DNA of 64,000 nucleotides from Octopus vulgaris (lineage: Eukaryota), in assembly GCA_951406725.2 (NCBI GenBank), contig OX597814.1, positions 52,452,001 through 52,516,000 on the forward strand, given 5' to 3'. The position numbers and the translations under genes were made by a program. Every line of letters begins with the position of its first letter. The stretch's first letter is position 1. Under the pieces are notes generated by a model, which was not told the origin of the DNA, did not search any database, and was given only the letters and a program-made list of their open reading frames with translations. Shown here in pieces: positions 24,315 to 35,853 of the stretch.

Positions 24315-25200
24315 CAAAGATTTTGGTGGAGTAGGATACAGCTTAGTTAATTGTGTTGTTAATCAGATTGTCCAACAAGGTTTTGTACCTAACAACTGGA
24401 ATAGTAGAATTACAGTCAACTACTTGCTATAAAGGAAAGGGAGATGCCTTAGAAGTAATTATGGAGGTATCAAATTGCTGAACTTGGTTTTGAAAATTAT
24501 ATTAAGGGCCAGAGTTCAACTAATTAAGAAGAAAGTTAACCTAGATGAGATGTAATTTGGTTTTCTACCAGGGAGAAGTACTACTGATGCTATCTTTCTT
24601 GCAAGGTGACAGCTAGAGAAACATTTAGCCAAACATAAACCACAGTGCTTGGCATTTGTTGGCATAGAGAAAGCCTTTGACAAGTACTCTCACCTGGTGG
24701 TTTCAGTGGAAGCTAGAGATAGATAATGGTTAGTGAGAGCTATCTAAACCATCTACAGGGATGCTGTCAGTGAAGTAAAAGTCAGCAATGCATATAGTAA
24801 TGAAATTAGCGTGCAAAAAGGAGTTCACTATAACTTGTTCTCCGACCCCTCTTATTTATCATAATCCTCCAGGCCATAATAGAGGAGTTTAAGACTAGTT
24901 GCCCATGGGAGCTACTCTGTGCTGATGACCTTGTTCTTATAGCTGAATTTATAGCAAAATTAGGGAAGAAATTTCAGGTGTGGAAGCAAAGCCTGGAATC
25001 AAAGACCAAAGTCCTTGTAAGCAGGAAAGCAGGGAAATAGCCCTGCTCAATCTGTAGAAAAGGAGTAGGTATTATACCTACACCTTTTCTACAGATTGAC
25101 ACATTCCATACATGTGCCCAGTGCAAACTATGGACACATAAGAGGTGCAGCTGATTCACAGGAAGGTTAATAAACTACTTTAGTCTTTGTACGTGACAGA
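24315..25200 (+). mobile_element. RTE-clade LINE reverse transcriptase relic
   Basis: YKGKGDAL, FGFLPGRSTTDAIF, EKAFD and PLLFIIILQAIIEEFKTSCPWELLCADDLVLIAE motifs, with stops and frameshifts. Confidence 0.88.
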
Positions 25201-25596
25201 TGAGACGTACAAGTCACAAGCTCGAAAGAAAAAAAAAACAAAAATAAAACCCGACTAATCTAAGGGACATAACTCTTAGAGGATTAAGAACTAGCCTTTG
25301 TGTGTGCGTGTGTGTGTATATACGTGCGTGTGCATGGGTAAGTATGTGTGTGCGCGCGCTACTTTTTGTCTAATAAATTAAGAATTTTGCTTGTTTCTAT
25401 TTTTATTTCATAGCTCTGGGACTCATAAACCACGTGCGGTGGTTTCAGGCTTCCAATAACAGAGAGCTTGAGTTATACTTTTTCATTCAGCCATGTCTGA
25501 TGGTTTTTAATATAACTCCACAATTATTAGGTTCTTCAGTATGAAACTGTTTGGTAACATAAATAAACTGGCCATGCCTACATAACTGTGCATCCT

Positions 25597-25860
25597 CCCG
25601 CCGACTTTGTTTCCTCATAACTTTCAGAAAAATGGATATTTTTTATGAAATTTTCTACAAATACGCTTCAGGTGGTGTAAATTATATCGGAATTTGTTAT
25701 GAAAAAATTTTTCCAAGGGTGGGAGAGGCGTTTCGGAAAGTTCACACGAGTCTGCTTTATTTCCTCATAACTTTCAGAAAAAAATGGGTATTTTTTAATG
25801 AAGGTTTTCACAAATATCTTTCAGGTGGTGTGGATTACGATTATGTCAGAGTTTAATGTG
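25597..25860. repeat. Two tandem copies of a dispersed ~140-bp repeat unit
   Basis: ttcctcataactttcagaaaaatggatatt...caggtggtgt unit; related copies at ~11690-11815 and in the core of the 48576 element. Confidence 0.75.
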
Positions 25861-26504
25861 AAAAATAAGATTGTTGAGGATCCTTGAGGGATCTTTTCCT
25901 TTTGAACGGCAGTTTTCAACACAATTTCTTGTTAACTAAACACTGAGCACAACAGTCAGGTGAAAAGAATGCAATAGGGGCTAGCATAAGAACCACCTTT
26001 AAGATACGAGTGTCGTTGGCTGTTCAAGTGCGTATTATTAAATGGAAAAATAGTTAGTATGAATCACCATAAGACATTTTTGTGTATAAATATACTGTTT
26101 GTTCTGTGCTCACTTTTTGTGGTGGAAGCATGTAGTATGATACAAAAACGTGTGTTTACATACAAAGAAAGTTTTGATTTTTGCTTTTGCACTGAAAGAA
26201 GTAACATATAATATTTATATTACAGTATGTATGCATGCGTGTAATGAGAACAGTCATTTTGAGAATGTATGTGTGATAAAATATCTTCATTTACAAACCA
26301 TATATTTCGTGTCGAGGTGAATAGACGTGAGTTGCACATGGAGCTGCAGAGAAGACATGTGTCTTTGACCAAAGCCTGGCAAGAACTGGGGCCGTTTCTA
26401 CAGTGTAGCTCAGAATGAAGCTAGACACATCATCAATATATTCGTCTGCTATCCAGGTCGACTCACATATTACTATGTAATATGTAGCTCTGCTACAAAG
26501 ACCC

Positions 26505-26765
26505 ATTTAGTAAAGTTTACCAAGAAACAATACATGCAGGTTCAAGGTGCAGTCATTGGTGTCGGTGTAGCTGGATATGTGACCGGCCTCTTCATGTCTT
26601 GGTGGGACAAAAATCTAAAACAATCCTTAGCAGAACAATCGACTACTGTTTTACTTTACTGTAGGTATGCAGATGACATTAACATTCTAGTTAGGACAAA
26701 CTCTAGTAACTGCAATGTAGAAACTGAGAGGAGTATAATGGAGAGCATCCAGCATGTAGCTAAAG
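26505..26765 (+). mobile_element. Penelope-like reverse transcriptase fragment
   Basis: QVQGAVIGVGVAGYVTGLFMSWWD...YCRYADDINILV matches the PLE Q..G..G and RY(V/A)DD motifs. Confidence 0.75.
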
Positions 26766-26795
26766 AAAAAGGCTCCAATAATGGACAGAGTCAAC

Positions 26796-27207
26796 AGATC
26801 TTTGAACGGCAGTTTTTAACATAATTTCTAGGTAACTAAAGGATTTTAAACTTCGTATACTGGTAGAATGTGTTTATAAAACACCATTTTTTCTTGGCTT
26901 TATTGAGAAAATTCTATAGTTTGTAAGATATTTGTTGTTGTTTTTTGTCTTCAATTTCTTCAATTTCAACCAATCACTGACGTCTATTGAGGTAAAAGAA
27001 AAAAACATTCTGTGCTGTATGAATATGTCCCTCGTTTAAGAAACAGATTGGGTTTATTTACATTTGTGAAGAAAAAAATATATAACCCCCCCAACCCTAA
27101 CCCTAAAACAAATTGAAATGCAATAGATCGATACTAGGGTCATAATTATGGGTGACAATTTCATATGACACCGCTAGAAAAAACTGCCGTTCAAACCGAA
27201 AAGATCC
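26796..27207. mobile_element. MITE with 8-bp target-site duplication, Merlin-like
   Basis: GAGTCAAC at 26788-26795 and 27208-27215; terminal repeats gatct..ttgaacggcagttttt / aaaaactgccgttcaaaccgaaaagatcc; a solo left end at ~25889. Confidence 0.85.
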
Positions 27208-27489
27208 GAGTCAACGACTATCGAAAAGGTTGCAAGATGCAACGAAAATTTTAGTAAAAATAAATAAATAAATCAGTGGAAATCGGACTTGTGTGTGTGT
27301 TAAATTAATAAGGAACTAAAAGAGAGTGACTCTCTCCAGACACAATAAAATATGCTTCACCACAGGAATTCACATAAAGAATTTTACAAACTAAATATAT
27401 ATGTGTGTGTGTAGATATATGAATTACTAAAATTAATCAACTAGATTAAACCTTACTACGAAACTAATCATCCTAACTCTATTCGAGGA

Positions 27490-27515
27490 AACCGGATGTA
27501 CTTCCACACGTGTTG
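27490..27515 (+). promoter_or_regulatory. Candidate RBM34 proximal promoter (ETS-like ccggat plus E-box CACGTG)
   Basis: accggatgt at 27491 and cacgtg at 27507-27512, ~85 bp before the ATG. Confidence 0.4.
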
Positions 27516-27594
27516 CTGTCCAACTTCGGAGCCTGTAGTATTTGTATGTATGTATGCTATGTCTATGTAAATGTTTATAAAATAAGTTGCGACG

Positions 27595-28791
27595 ATGGCA
27601 GATGTTTATGAGGTTGGGTCAGTGTCTTCCTTAATTAATGCAAAATCAAATTCGGATTCAAAGTTATCAAAAGAACAGAAAAAACTCAATAAACTTTTCG
27701 ACTCTGGAAAAAAGGTTGGTCCTGGAAAAGTAAAAGGCAAAAATCTCTCCGTCGAAAATGACGATACCAAATGTAACTCGAAAATATTAAAAGATTCAAG
27801 CTCTACATCAGAAAATGTTGCAAATCAAAGCAGTCGGTCGAATGATAAGATTATAGAACAATTGTTTTGTAATACAAGTGAAGTACTCGTCGGAAGGTTG
27901 AACCCTAGACAGACACAAACACGAAAGAGACGTCATTCCGAAGATGAGGAAGATGGTACAGAACGTAAAAAGATTCCTAAAAAAACTGATGACAAGTTTA
28001 TTAACGCCAAGACTATATTTGTTGGTAACCTTCCTCTTAGTATAACCAAAAAGAAACTTCATAAAATGTTCAGTCCCTTTGGTACTATTGAAAACACGCG
28101 TTTTCGAGGAGCTATACCAGCTGATCTCAAACGAGGTAAAAAGTTTGCTGTTTTGAAAAAGAAATTTCACCCTAAATGCAAAAGTATCAATGCCTATATA
28201 TGTTTTACAGAAAGAAAAGCTGTTCCGAAAGCTAAAAGTCTCAACGGCACTGAGCTGGATGGATTGCACATCCAAGTCAACGAAGCTAAGTTTAAAAAGA
28301 AAAACATTGATCACAAGAAGTCGGCTTTTGTAGGGAACCTGCCATTTGATATTCATGAGCAAGATTTGAGGGAACACTTTCTTGACTGTGGTCCAATTTC
28401 TAATGTTAGAGTCATTCGGGACAAGATAACCGGTGTTGGAAAAGGATTTGGTTACGTTTCATTCGAAGACACGGATGCTGCAATGTTTGCACTGCAACTT
28501 AACGATTCAGAGTTAAAAGGTCGAAAGATTCGAGTAAAATCATCTACAATGAATAAGGATCGACAAATAATTGATGATGATGATAATAAAAGGGGAAAGA
28601 AATTGAAAGGAAAAGAAAGTAATAAAGATTTTGTTGGTATGAAAGCTGTTAAGAAGAAGAAAAAGAAAAATAAGCCAAAACACATGGCACGAAAACTGAG
28701 ACAAATGAATATGCAAAATGCCGAAGAAAAAGAACCCCAAAAGGTTGTTAAATCAACTGATGGACCTAATAAACATGTCGTTTTTGTGTAA
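27595..28791 (+). CDS. RBM34: RNA-binding protein 34 (Nop12-like), two RRMs, single-exon CDS
   Basis: 398-aa ORF with YEVGSVSSL N-terminus, TIFVGNLP...RFR...SINAYICF, SAFVGNLPF...GVGKGFGYVSF and a Lys-rich tail. Confidence 0.93.
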   Translation: MADVYEVGSVSSLINAKSNSDSKLSKEQKKLNKLFDSGKKVGPGKVKGKNLSVENDDTKCNSKILKDSSSTSENVANQSSRSNDKIIEQLFCNTSEVLVGRLNPRQTQTRKRRHSEDEEDGTERKKIPKKTDDKFINAKTIFVGNLPLSITKKKLHKMFSPFGTIENTRFRGAIPADLKRGKKFAVLKKKFHPKCKSINAYICFTERKAVPKAKSLNGTELDGLHIQVNEAKFKKKNIDHKKSAFVGNLPFDIHEQDLREHFLDCGPISNVRVIRDKITGVGKGFGYVSFEDTDAAMFALQLNDSELKGRKIRVKSSTMNKDRQIIDDDDNKRGKKLKGKESNKDFVGMKAVKKKKKKNKPKHMARKLRQMNMQNAEEKEPQKVVKSTDGPNKHVVFV

Positions 28792-29239
28792 GATCATTCA
28801 TATTATTTTAAAATAGAACATTTGTATTATATAAAGCACACATATATTGTTATATTTATTTTTTTTTAATGTTTTGGTAATTTCGTCATTCTGTTTCGAA
28901 GATTATTGTTAATTTATTCTCTTTTACTAATTATATAATGACTTTGCGTTCTATTCGCAACCAAATGATGCTGGGTTCGCGCTATCTGTAGTTATTTAGG
29001 CAGGTAGAGGCCTATATGATGTATACAACTGCGTTTCAAACACCAGGTTAGTAACGACAAAGTTATTTTATTAAATTTATTATTTTTGGAATGAATTGAA
29101 ACAAAGATAACAAAAACCATTTCATAAGCCAAATGATCATATTAAGTACATTGGTAACAAAAAGGTTAAAATGATATTAGCTGATTATAACGATTACAGT
29201 CTCAGTTAAAGGTATGTGCTAAAAAATGGTACAACTTAA

Positions 29240-30046
29240 GGTGGAGGTAAAGTACATGGACCGCAATCCCTTTCGGTTATTATATACAAAAACCCACCTT
29301 TTCGACTGCGGAGATTCCGATTCTGCAAAAAAATCGGCATTTCAAAATTTTATCCCCCTCCCCTTCTTCACTTTTTAAAGAAATTTTTTTGGCAAAATGC
29401 GTAGAAAAATACGGAGATTATGATTCTTTGAGCCTATGTAGTCGTAAGTAGACAACTTGGTCTTTCCACAGCAGAACATCCAAATGTGACAATTGGCTGC
29501 AAAGCATAAGCACGTGTTTGATATTCATGATAGGCGAGTAGACTCTTTGCCAGAGAGTGGAAAGAGGGGAAAATTAAAATTTTGAAAACGTGTTTTTGGG
29601 ATTTTCAAAATCTTCGACCGTTCCAACCAGAAAGTCCGACAAGCTAAAAACAACAGCCAAACCGAAGATCCACTTTCTAAATACGAATTACCAAAAAAGA
29701 AAAAAAAATTTTTTAAATGTCATTTTGTTGTGTGTGTGTGCAAAAAAAACTAATTTTTACCTACCTCTCTTAATTCCAAAAGACCCTTAACCACAAGATG
29801 TTCACTTTCTGTCACAGATGCGCTGGCGGAGTGGAGGGGGTGTTTATTTATTTTTGAAAATTTTTTGTTTCAGAAATCATAATCTCCGTATTTTTCTATG
29901 TATTTCACCCAAAAAAAAGGGGGGGGGGATAAATTTTGAAATGCCTATTATTTTTTTTCTTTTGCAGATTCGGAATCTCCACAGTCAAAAAAGTCAGTTT
30001 CTGTAGGAAAAAACCCATAAGTGGGTGCATGTCCTTTATCTCCACC
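29240..30046. mobile_element. Non-autonomous DNA transposon with long inverted repeats and 8-bp TSD, Merlin-like
   Basis: CAACTTAA at 29232-29239 and 30047-30054; termini ggtggaggtaaagtacatg / catgtcctttatctccacc; imperfect arms of ~180 bp. Confidence 0.88.
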
Positions 30047-30349
30047 CAACTTAATATATATAGATAGGATGTTCAGCTCATTATCTTATGATTTCTGGAC
30101 CAGGCACTTCATTTCATGTTACTCACCTATCATGAATATCAAACATGTGCTTATGCTTTGCAGCCACTTGTCACATTTGGACATCCTGCTTTGGAAAGAC
30201 CAAGTTGCCTACTTACGACTACATGGGCTCAAAGAAGTTGGTGAAAACATGGTACATGCTACATGTAAGTGACAGCTATATACACAGTAACCTCTGTCAT
30301 AGTGACATCAGTATCTCTTTAGTGGAATATTATCTTTGGATCTTGAGTC

Positions 30350-30618
30350 TAAGGCGATGACAAGTAACCGAAACTTTTGGCAATTTGCTGTGCTTGAGAA
30401 GACATATCAAGCTAAGCAAAATTGTAGTTGCAACCAGTGCAGGTGACACGTAAAAGGCATCTGGTACACTGTGGAGTGGTTGCATTAGGAAGGGCATAAT
30501 ACTGTAGAAACCAAGCCAAAACAGACTAGAACCTGGTACAGCTCTCTGGCTTACCAATTCCAGTCAAACTGTCTAAACCATGCCAGTATTGAAAACAGAT
30601 GCTATGTGTTGATGATGA
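30350..30618 (+). mobile_element. SINE tail segment
   Basis: cattaggaagggcat...ccatgccagtattgaaaacagatgcta...gatgatga, the reverse orientation of the 8138 family. Confidence 0.65.
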
Positions 30619-31287
30619 AGTCTACACAGCATAGGACCAGTCTTCATTTAACATATTAAAACTTATCCTAAGTTTTCTTGGTTATTTGCCTGACCAGGTT
30701 ACTTTTTACTAGCATTTACTTAGTTTGTCACCAAGAAGGGTCTATGCAACACAATATTTTGTAATTTGTTTTCAATATTCTGCACTGGTATGGGCATGTG
30801 ATGCTTATGAAGGATGACAGCTGCATAAAGAAGTGCAGAGCACTTAAAGTAAATGGTACTTATCAAAGTGAGACCAAGGGTGACTTGGAATGTAGTGGTG
30901 AAAACTGATCTGAAGATGTTATAACAAAGGTGATATACAGTGCTGTAGAAGACCTGACTACTCATGGCGAAAATGTACCCTGACATGAGATTAGTGTTTA
31001 GATGGTAAAATATTTTTTTACCCTTTTAATCCCAACTGTTGCCTCCAATTAACTTGCATCCTGTCTCCAATCTGCAGTATTGGAAATGAATGACTCTACT
31101 TGTCTGAAAGTGGCGATTGTTTTCAACTGTCACATGATTTTAAGATGAGGTGACACAAACATACACTTATACGAGGGGATGCTGAAAAGTTCCTGGCTTT
31201 GGGTAAAAGAAAATATGATCAGTTAATTCTGATTTTATTCAACACTAGCAGTGTTACTCGGGATTAAAATGGTATAGTATTTTATTG

Positions 31288-31485
31288 TTTTACTTGTTTC
31301 AGTCATGTTACTGCAACCATGCTGGAGCACCACCTTTAGTCAAAGAAATCGACCCCGTGATTTATTTTTTGTAAGCCTAGTACTTATTCTATCAGTGTGT
31401 TTTGCCAAACAGCTAAGTTACGGGTATGTAAACACAGCAACATCAGTTGTCAAGCAATGGTGGGAGTACAAACACAGACACACTA
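31288..31485 (-). mobile_element. SINE 3' part (tacttgtttcagtcat...gctggagcacc family)
   Basis: Homologous to the copies at 54650 and 62385. Confidence 0.75.
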
Positions 31486-31649
31486 GTAGATTAGATAGAG
31501 AGAATGCATTTGATATAGCAATGGGCTCATGATTCTGCTCAGGCCAGTGACCTAGTTGGAATATATATCCTTTCATTAATACAGTCTTCCTTTCTGAAAG
31601 TAACAGGGGGTCTATATAGGGATGACACATTTTTTCTGGACAGAAGTAA

Positions 31650-32480
31650 CAAAGTACAGTTAGAAATGCATAGGTAAAATTTCTTTAGACTTTTCAAAAA
31701 TTTTGGACTAATTACTATGGGTAAAGATTATCATAGAGTGAATTTTCTTAATGCTACCTTCTGTCTTGATACTGGATTATTTGAACCATTTCATAAGCCA
31801 AATGATCATGTTAAGTACATTGACATAGCATCCATCCTTGATTATATGGGGGCTAGTTAAGAATATTTCTACAAGAATCTTAAAGATTATCTGCTAATAA
31901 TAAAATTTTCAAATCACATGCAACTTATAATGCTGCTCTAGCTAGGGCTGGGTACCAAGAAAAAATTCAATATATACAATAAACAGGCATACACAACACT
32001 GGTAATTCCTCCAACTGTGATGCACATTGTAAACCACCACAACGTTATTGTTTGAGAACTTACTCAGATAAAGAATACAGGCCAAGAAGAATTGGTCATA
32101 TCAATGAAATACCAACAAAAACTCAGACACATGTGACATAATCCAACTGCTTGTTCTAATCCTGTACAACACACTCAATCAAATAAGCCTAACAAAAGAT
32201 ATAGGAATCAGGATGTCCTCTGGTTCAACCTGATTTTCAGTTTGCATATTTCAACCAAGATCGATGGAAAATTTTTTGCTGCTTTGGACATGTGTTTTTC
32301 TAAATCTAAGAGATATCATGCTATTTTTAATTGGTACACCATGAAGAGCAGCTTATGCATCACATAAACAATAGCAAAATGCGGCAAAGGTTCAGTAACC
32401 CACCGGCTGGATTAAGCAAACATTTGCATCAAAATACCAACCAAAGAGATGTAAACTGCAATGATAAACAAATTTGTAGT
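31650..32480 (+). mobile_element. Penelope-like relic
   Basis: EPFHKPNDHVKYIDIAS and DVLWFN...STKIDGKFF...HAIFN..TMK motifs of the PLE thumb/linker region. Confidence 0.7.
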
Positions 32481-32758
32481 AGTAGAAATACTTATGATGT
32501 AGCTAACAGAGTAACAATGCCAGTAAATGGACTCAGGACTGCCTTATATACAAATATGATAAATGCTCATGCAGATAAAAATATTGAAACAGTATAAGAG
32601 ATTGCTCTGGCCAGAAGTTAAAAATTTTTTTAGCCCATGACACTGCATGGACCCAAAGTAAGGCATGTGTAAAATTTGAATGAAATCGGTTGGGTAGTTC
32701 TTGAGTTTTAGTGATGCACACATACAGACACACATTCTCAGTTTTATATATATATATA

Positions 32759-33540
32759 CTAGCTGAGATACCTGGCGTTGCTCAGGATTAAAATGACATA
32801 GTTTGTATATATTATATTACAGTTATGTTGAAACAGGTAATATGGGAAAGTGCAGCATTGACAACAAAATATTTGTGGAATAAATGATGGGCTACTTCGA
32901 CTAAGCAACATGCTATATGTCCGTTTGGAGTATTTCAGGACCTAACCTGTCATGGAAAATTGGGGGTGGGGGTTATGTGATTTTTGAAAGAACCGAAAAG
33001 CTGTCAGTGGATATACTGTCTTTTGCAGCAGTCTGCACTGTGTCTAACATGAACCATCGTCTGAAATTTTAACACCTGCTTTGGGTTTGATGTCCTACAT
33101 CACTCAAAGTAAATTTAGAGGAACTGTGGTTCATTTGTGGGTAACAGGGAACCAATGAGATGATAGACTTTGACGTTGGCGTAAATTCATATTTAAGTAT
33201 CTTCTTAGATGCAGTAAATGATGTCATTTGAAATGCAGAGTTGTATTATCTGATCTTATTCAGAAAATCCTTTGACTGGATGTAAGTGTCTTCTAGAAGA
33301 TCCATAAGAGGTTGAGAAAAAGTAGGTAGTGCTGGCAATCTTACCTGAGCAGCACATGCCATTTGTTTTATTTGAAAATTGTAAAGCTCTACAGAAACGA
33401 CAATTCGTGTTTAGCACACCAATTTGGACGGAGTTATCATTTTTATAAGAATGGGATGTTGGAGTGTAGATTTTTGTCTAGTCTACTGAGCACACCCCCA
33501 GAGTTATATGGTTGCTAAGTCGAGTAGTTTGGTGCCACTT
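32759..33540 (-). mobile_element. Helitron with RepHel N-terminal fragment and 3' hairpin-CTAG end
   Basis: Minus strand: CRFCRALQF...GMCCSGK, SKDFLNKIR*YNSAFQMTSF, VYHLIGSLLP..EPQFL*IYF; ends cctgagcaacgccaggtatctcagCTAG. Confidence 0.85.
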
Positions 33541-33694
33541 TATCTCATTCACTAACATCTTACTCTGAACTGCAGTTCCACTTTGATTCTTCCTTCAGCT
33601 TGCTAGATCATGTTTGCTGTTAAAAATATCTGTCTCTCTGTTTACTACATTCCTACTAATTCTCTTTCTATCTCAACTATTCTTCCCTTCACTC

Positions 33695-34085
33695 ATCCTC
33701 ATCATTGTCTTAACATCCATTTTCCATGCTTGCATGGATTGGACAGAGTTTATTGAGGCGGGTTTGATGGACACCCTTCTTGTCACAAATCCTTACCTAC
33801 TTCCAAGTAACGTAATATTTCCCAATGGCCAGATGTGTTTTTGCAGAATATGGGAAATGAGTGACGTTTACAACAATCATGCAATTTCAAGACTAGGAAA
33901 CAAACACATTCACACACACACACTATATATATGTGTGTGTATATATGTACATGACAGGATTTTTAAAGTTTCTGTTTATCAAATCCACTAACATGGCTTT
34001 GGTTGGCCCAGACATTTTCTCAAGGCGCTACAGTGGGGCTGAATCTAAAACCATGTTGTTGCAAGCTTAACTGTACAGCCACTCT
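33695..34085 (-). mobile_element. tRNA-derived CORE-like SINE
   Basis: Head region aaatccact...gctttggttggccc...cagtggggctgaa...acagccac plus the catcattgtcttaacatccattttccatgct tail. Confidence 0.65.
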
Positions 34086-35174
34086 TCACACCAAATCTGC
34101 TATCTCTATTTCTTTGATTCACCCAGCTTTGCAGTAAAGACATGGGACTTCAACATTATCCAAGAAAATGCTGTAATTTTTTTCTCCAAACACCACACTT
34201 TCTTCAGCTGTCAGCATAACCATTGCACACCAAAAAACCTAATTTCCTCTAGCTTTTGCTTTCTTCTCTCTGATTAAGTAATCACCAAAAAAATTTGTGT
34301 TTTGGTTAGAAACTTCCTTGTCCCTAACCATACTTCTTTATTTCCAATATTGCTTCATTAACTGGCTCAAAATCCCAGTACTCTGTCACTCAATGCTAAA
34401 CTTTTGTAGCAGTAGCTGGATAGTTGAATGATCTCCCTTGCAAGAAAGAGTAACCTCCCTAAGTTTCTCAAAGCATCTGTCATGAGACATAATTCTTAAT
34501 TATTCAAGCTTAGCATTTCTCTTGGAAGTTTCTAGAATGTCTAGTGTTCCATTAATAAAAACAGCTCGCTAACCTTGCTCTTCGCTTCTTAGTCAATTAG
34601 ACTTAGAGCCATTCACGTCATTGCTATGCCCGTCTATTTCTCTATGCCACATGACTGAAAACCACCACTTAGCTGGTATTTCTATATTTCCTATCGCTGA
34701 ACATTCTTTCATAGATTACTTCATTCAACTAGATTCTACATTTTGATTATGTATCATCAGTGACCAGTAAATAAAATATATTTTTATGTAGTAAATATAT
34801 AGTTCTTGAATTTATTCTTCATATCTATATGAACTCTTGTAATAATATACACACAGCTACATCAACACCTGGTACTGAATATATATTACCACTATACTTT
34901 CATAAACCTCAAATGTACAGCACTTGAACACTGATGCATTATGTATAGGTGAAACAGGATATCAGTTAGGAGACTACTTCACTTTTTAAACTTATATATA
35001 TATATATATATATATAAACGAAAATGTTTGAAATGTTAGAATTGCCCCTTCCCCCAACATGAAAATATTTTCAAATTTGCAAACTTATAAAAGAAACTTG
35101 TGAAAGACAATATTCAAATTAAAATTTTATACCTGGATTTACTTCATCTCGTTTACACAAATTGAATAATTTAA

Positions 35175-35407
35175 CTCTTTAGCATTCAGAACCCATGCCA
35201 GCATGGAAAACGGACGCTAAATGAAAATTATCCTAATTCATTCTCATTGTTTTTCATTAATCATGCATTATCTTGTCGCTTCGAGATTTCACTGATGTGA
35301 TTGTTTATTTTTAGAACGACATTGTAAGGTTTTTGTGAGAGGCTGAAGTCTGTTTTATAACAAGTAGAATATTTGGGCCAGATATGGCTGATTTAAATGC
35401 TAAAGGG
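35175..35407. mobile_element. piggyBac-like MITE
   Basis: TTAA|ctctttagcatt ... aatgctaaaggg|TTAA; relatives at ~56610-56810 and ~63733. Confidence 0.75.
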
Positions 35408-35820
35408 TTAATGGAATGAAAATTGTCTTTTCACAAGAATTCTTTTGGGAGGGGATGATTATTTCAGTATTCATACTGAATATATCATCCTCAACTTAGG
35501 AAAGATGAAACAAAAATATCCAAATAAAATATTTTATTGCTGAAATAGTTTATTTTCAGGTTAAAAACAGCATTTTTAAAAAATAATTTTTTTTCTTTTC
35601 AAATTGAATATATTGTTTCTCCAGGAATGTCATTTTGGAAAGATGCAAGTGACCTTACAGCACTGCTGACTATTAAAAAATGGTACACAGAATAAGTAGC
35701 TCATTTTTCTGGAGAAATATAAATGTGTAGGTGGGAGTAATTTTGTCTTATTCTGTGAATAATAATAATTTACGTAAACAATGCTTCAAATATATATGTG
35801 TATATATGAAGACACACGCA

Positions 35821-35853
<33 letters not shown>

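Larger units (their letters stand above)
31245..32757 (-). mobile_element. Non-autonomous Helitron carrying nested SINE and Penelope fragments
   Basis: CTAG at 31245 followed by ...ctcgggattaaaatggtatagt, the same end as at 32759; other end ...cacacattctcagttttatatatatata. Confidence 0.55.

Noticed and set aside
27090-27110. Telomeric repeat or chromosome end
   Set aside because: Only about two CCCTAA units, internal to a MITE.
27808-28740. Antisense ORFs over RBM34 (and similar ones over TECR)
   Set aside because: Shadow frames of the real CDSs.
34930-34985. GIY-YIG-like LCIGETGYQL peptide
   Set aside because: Too short to annotate; probably a tiny Penelope remnant.
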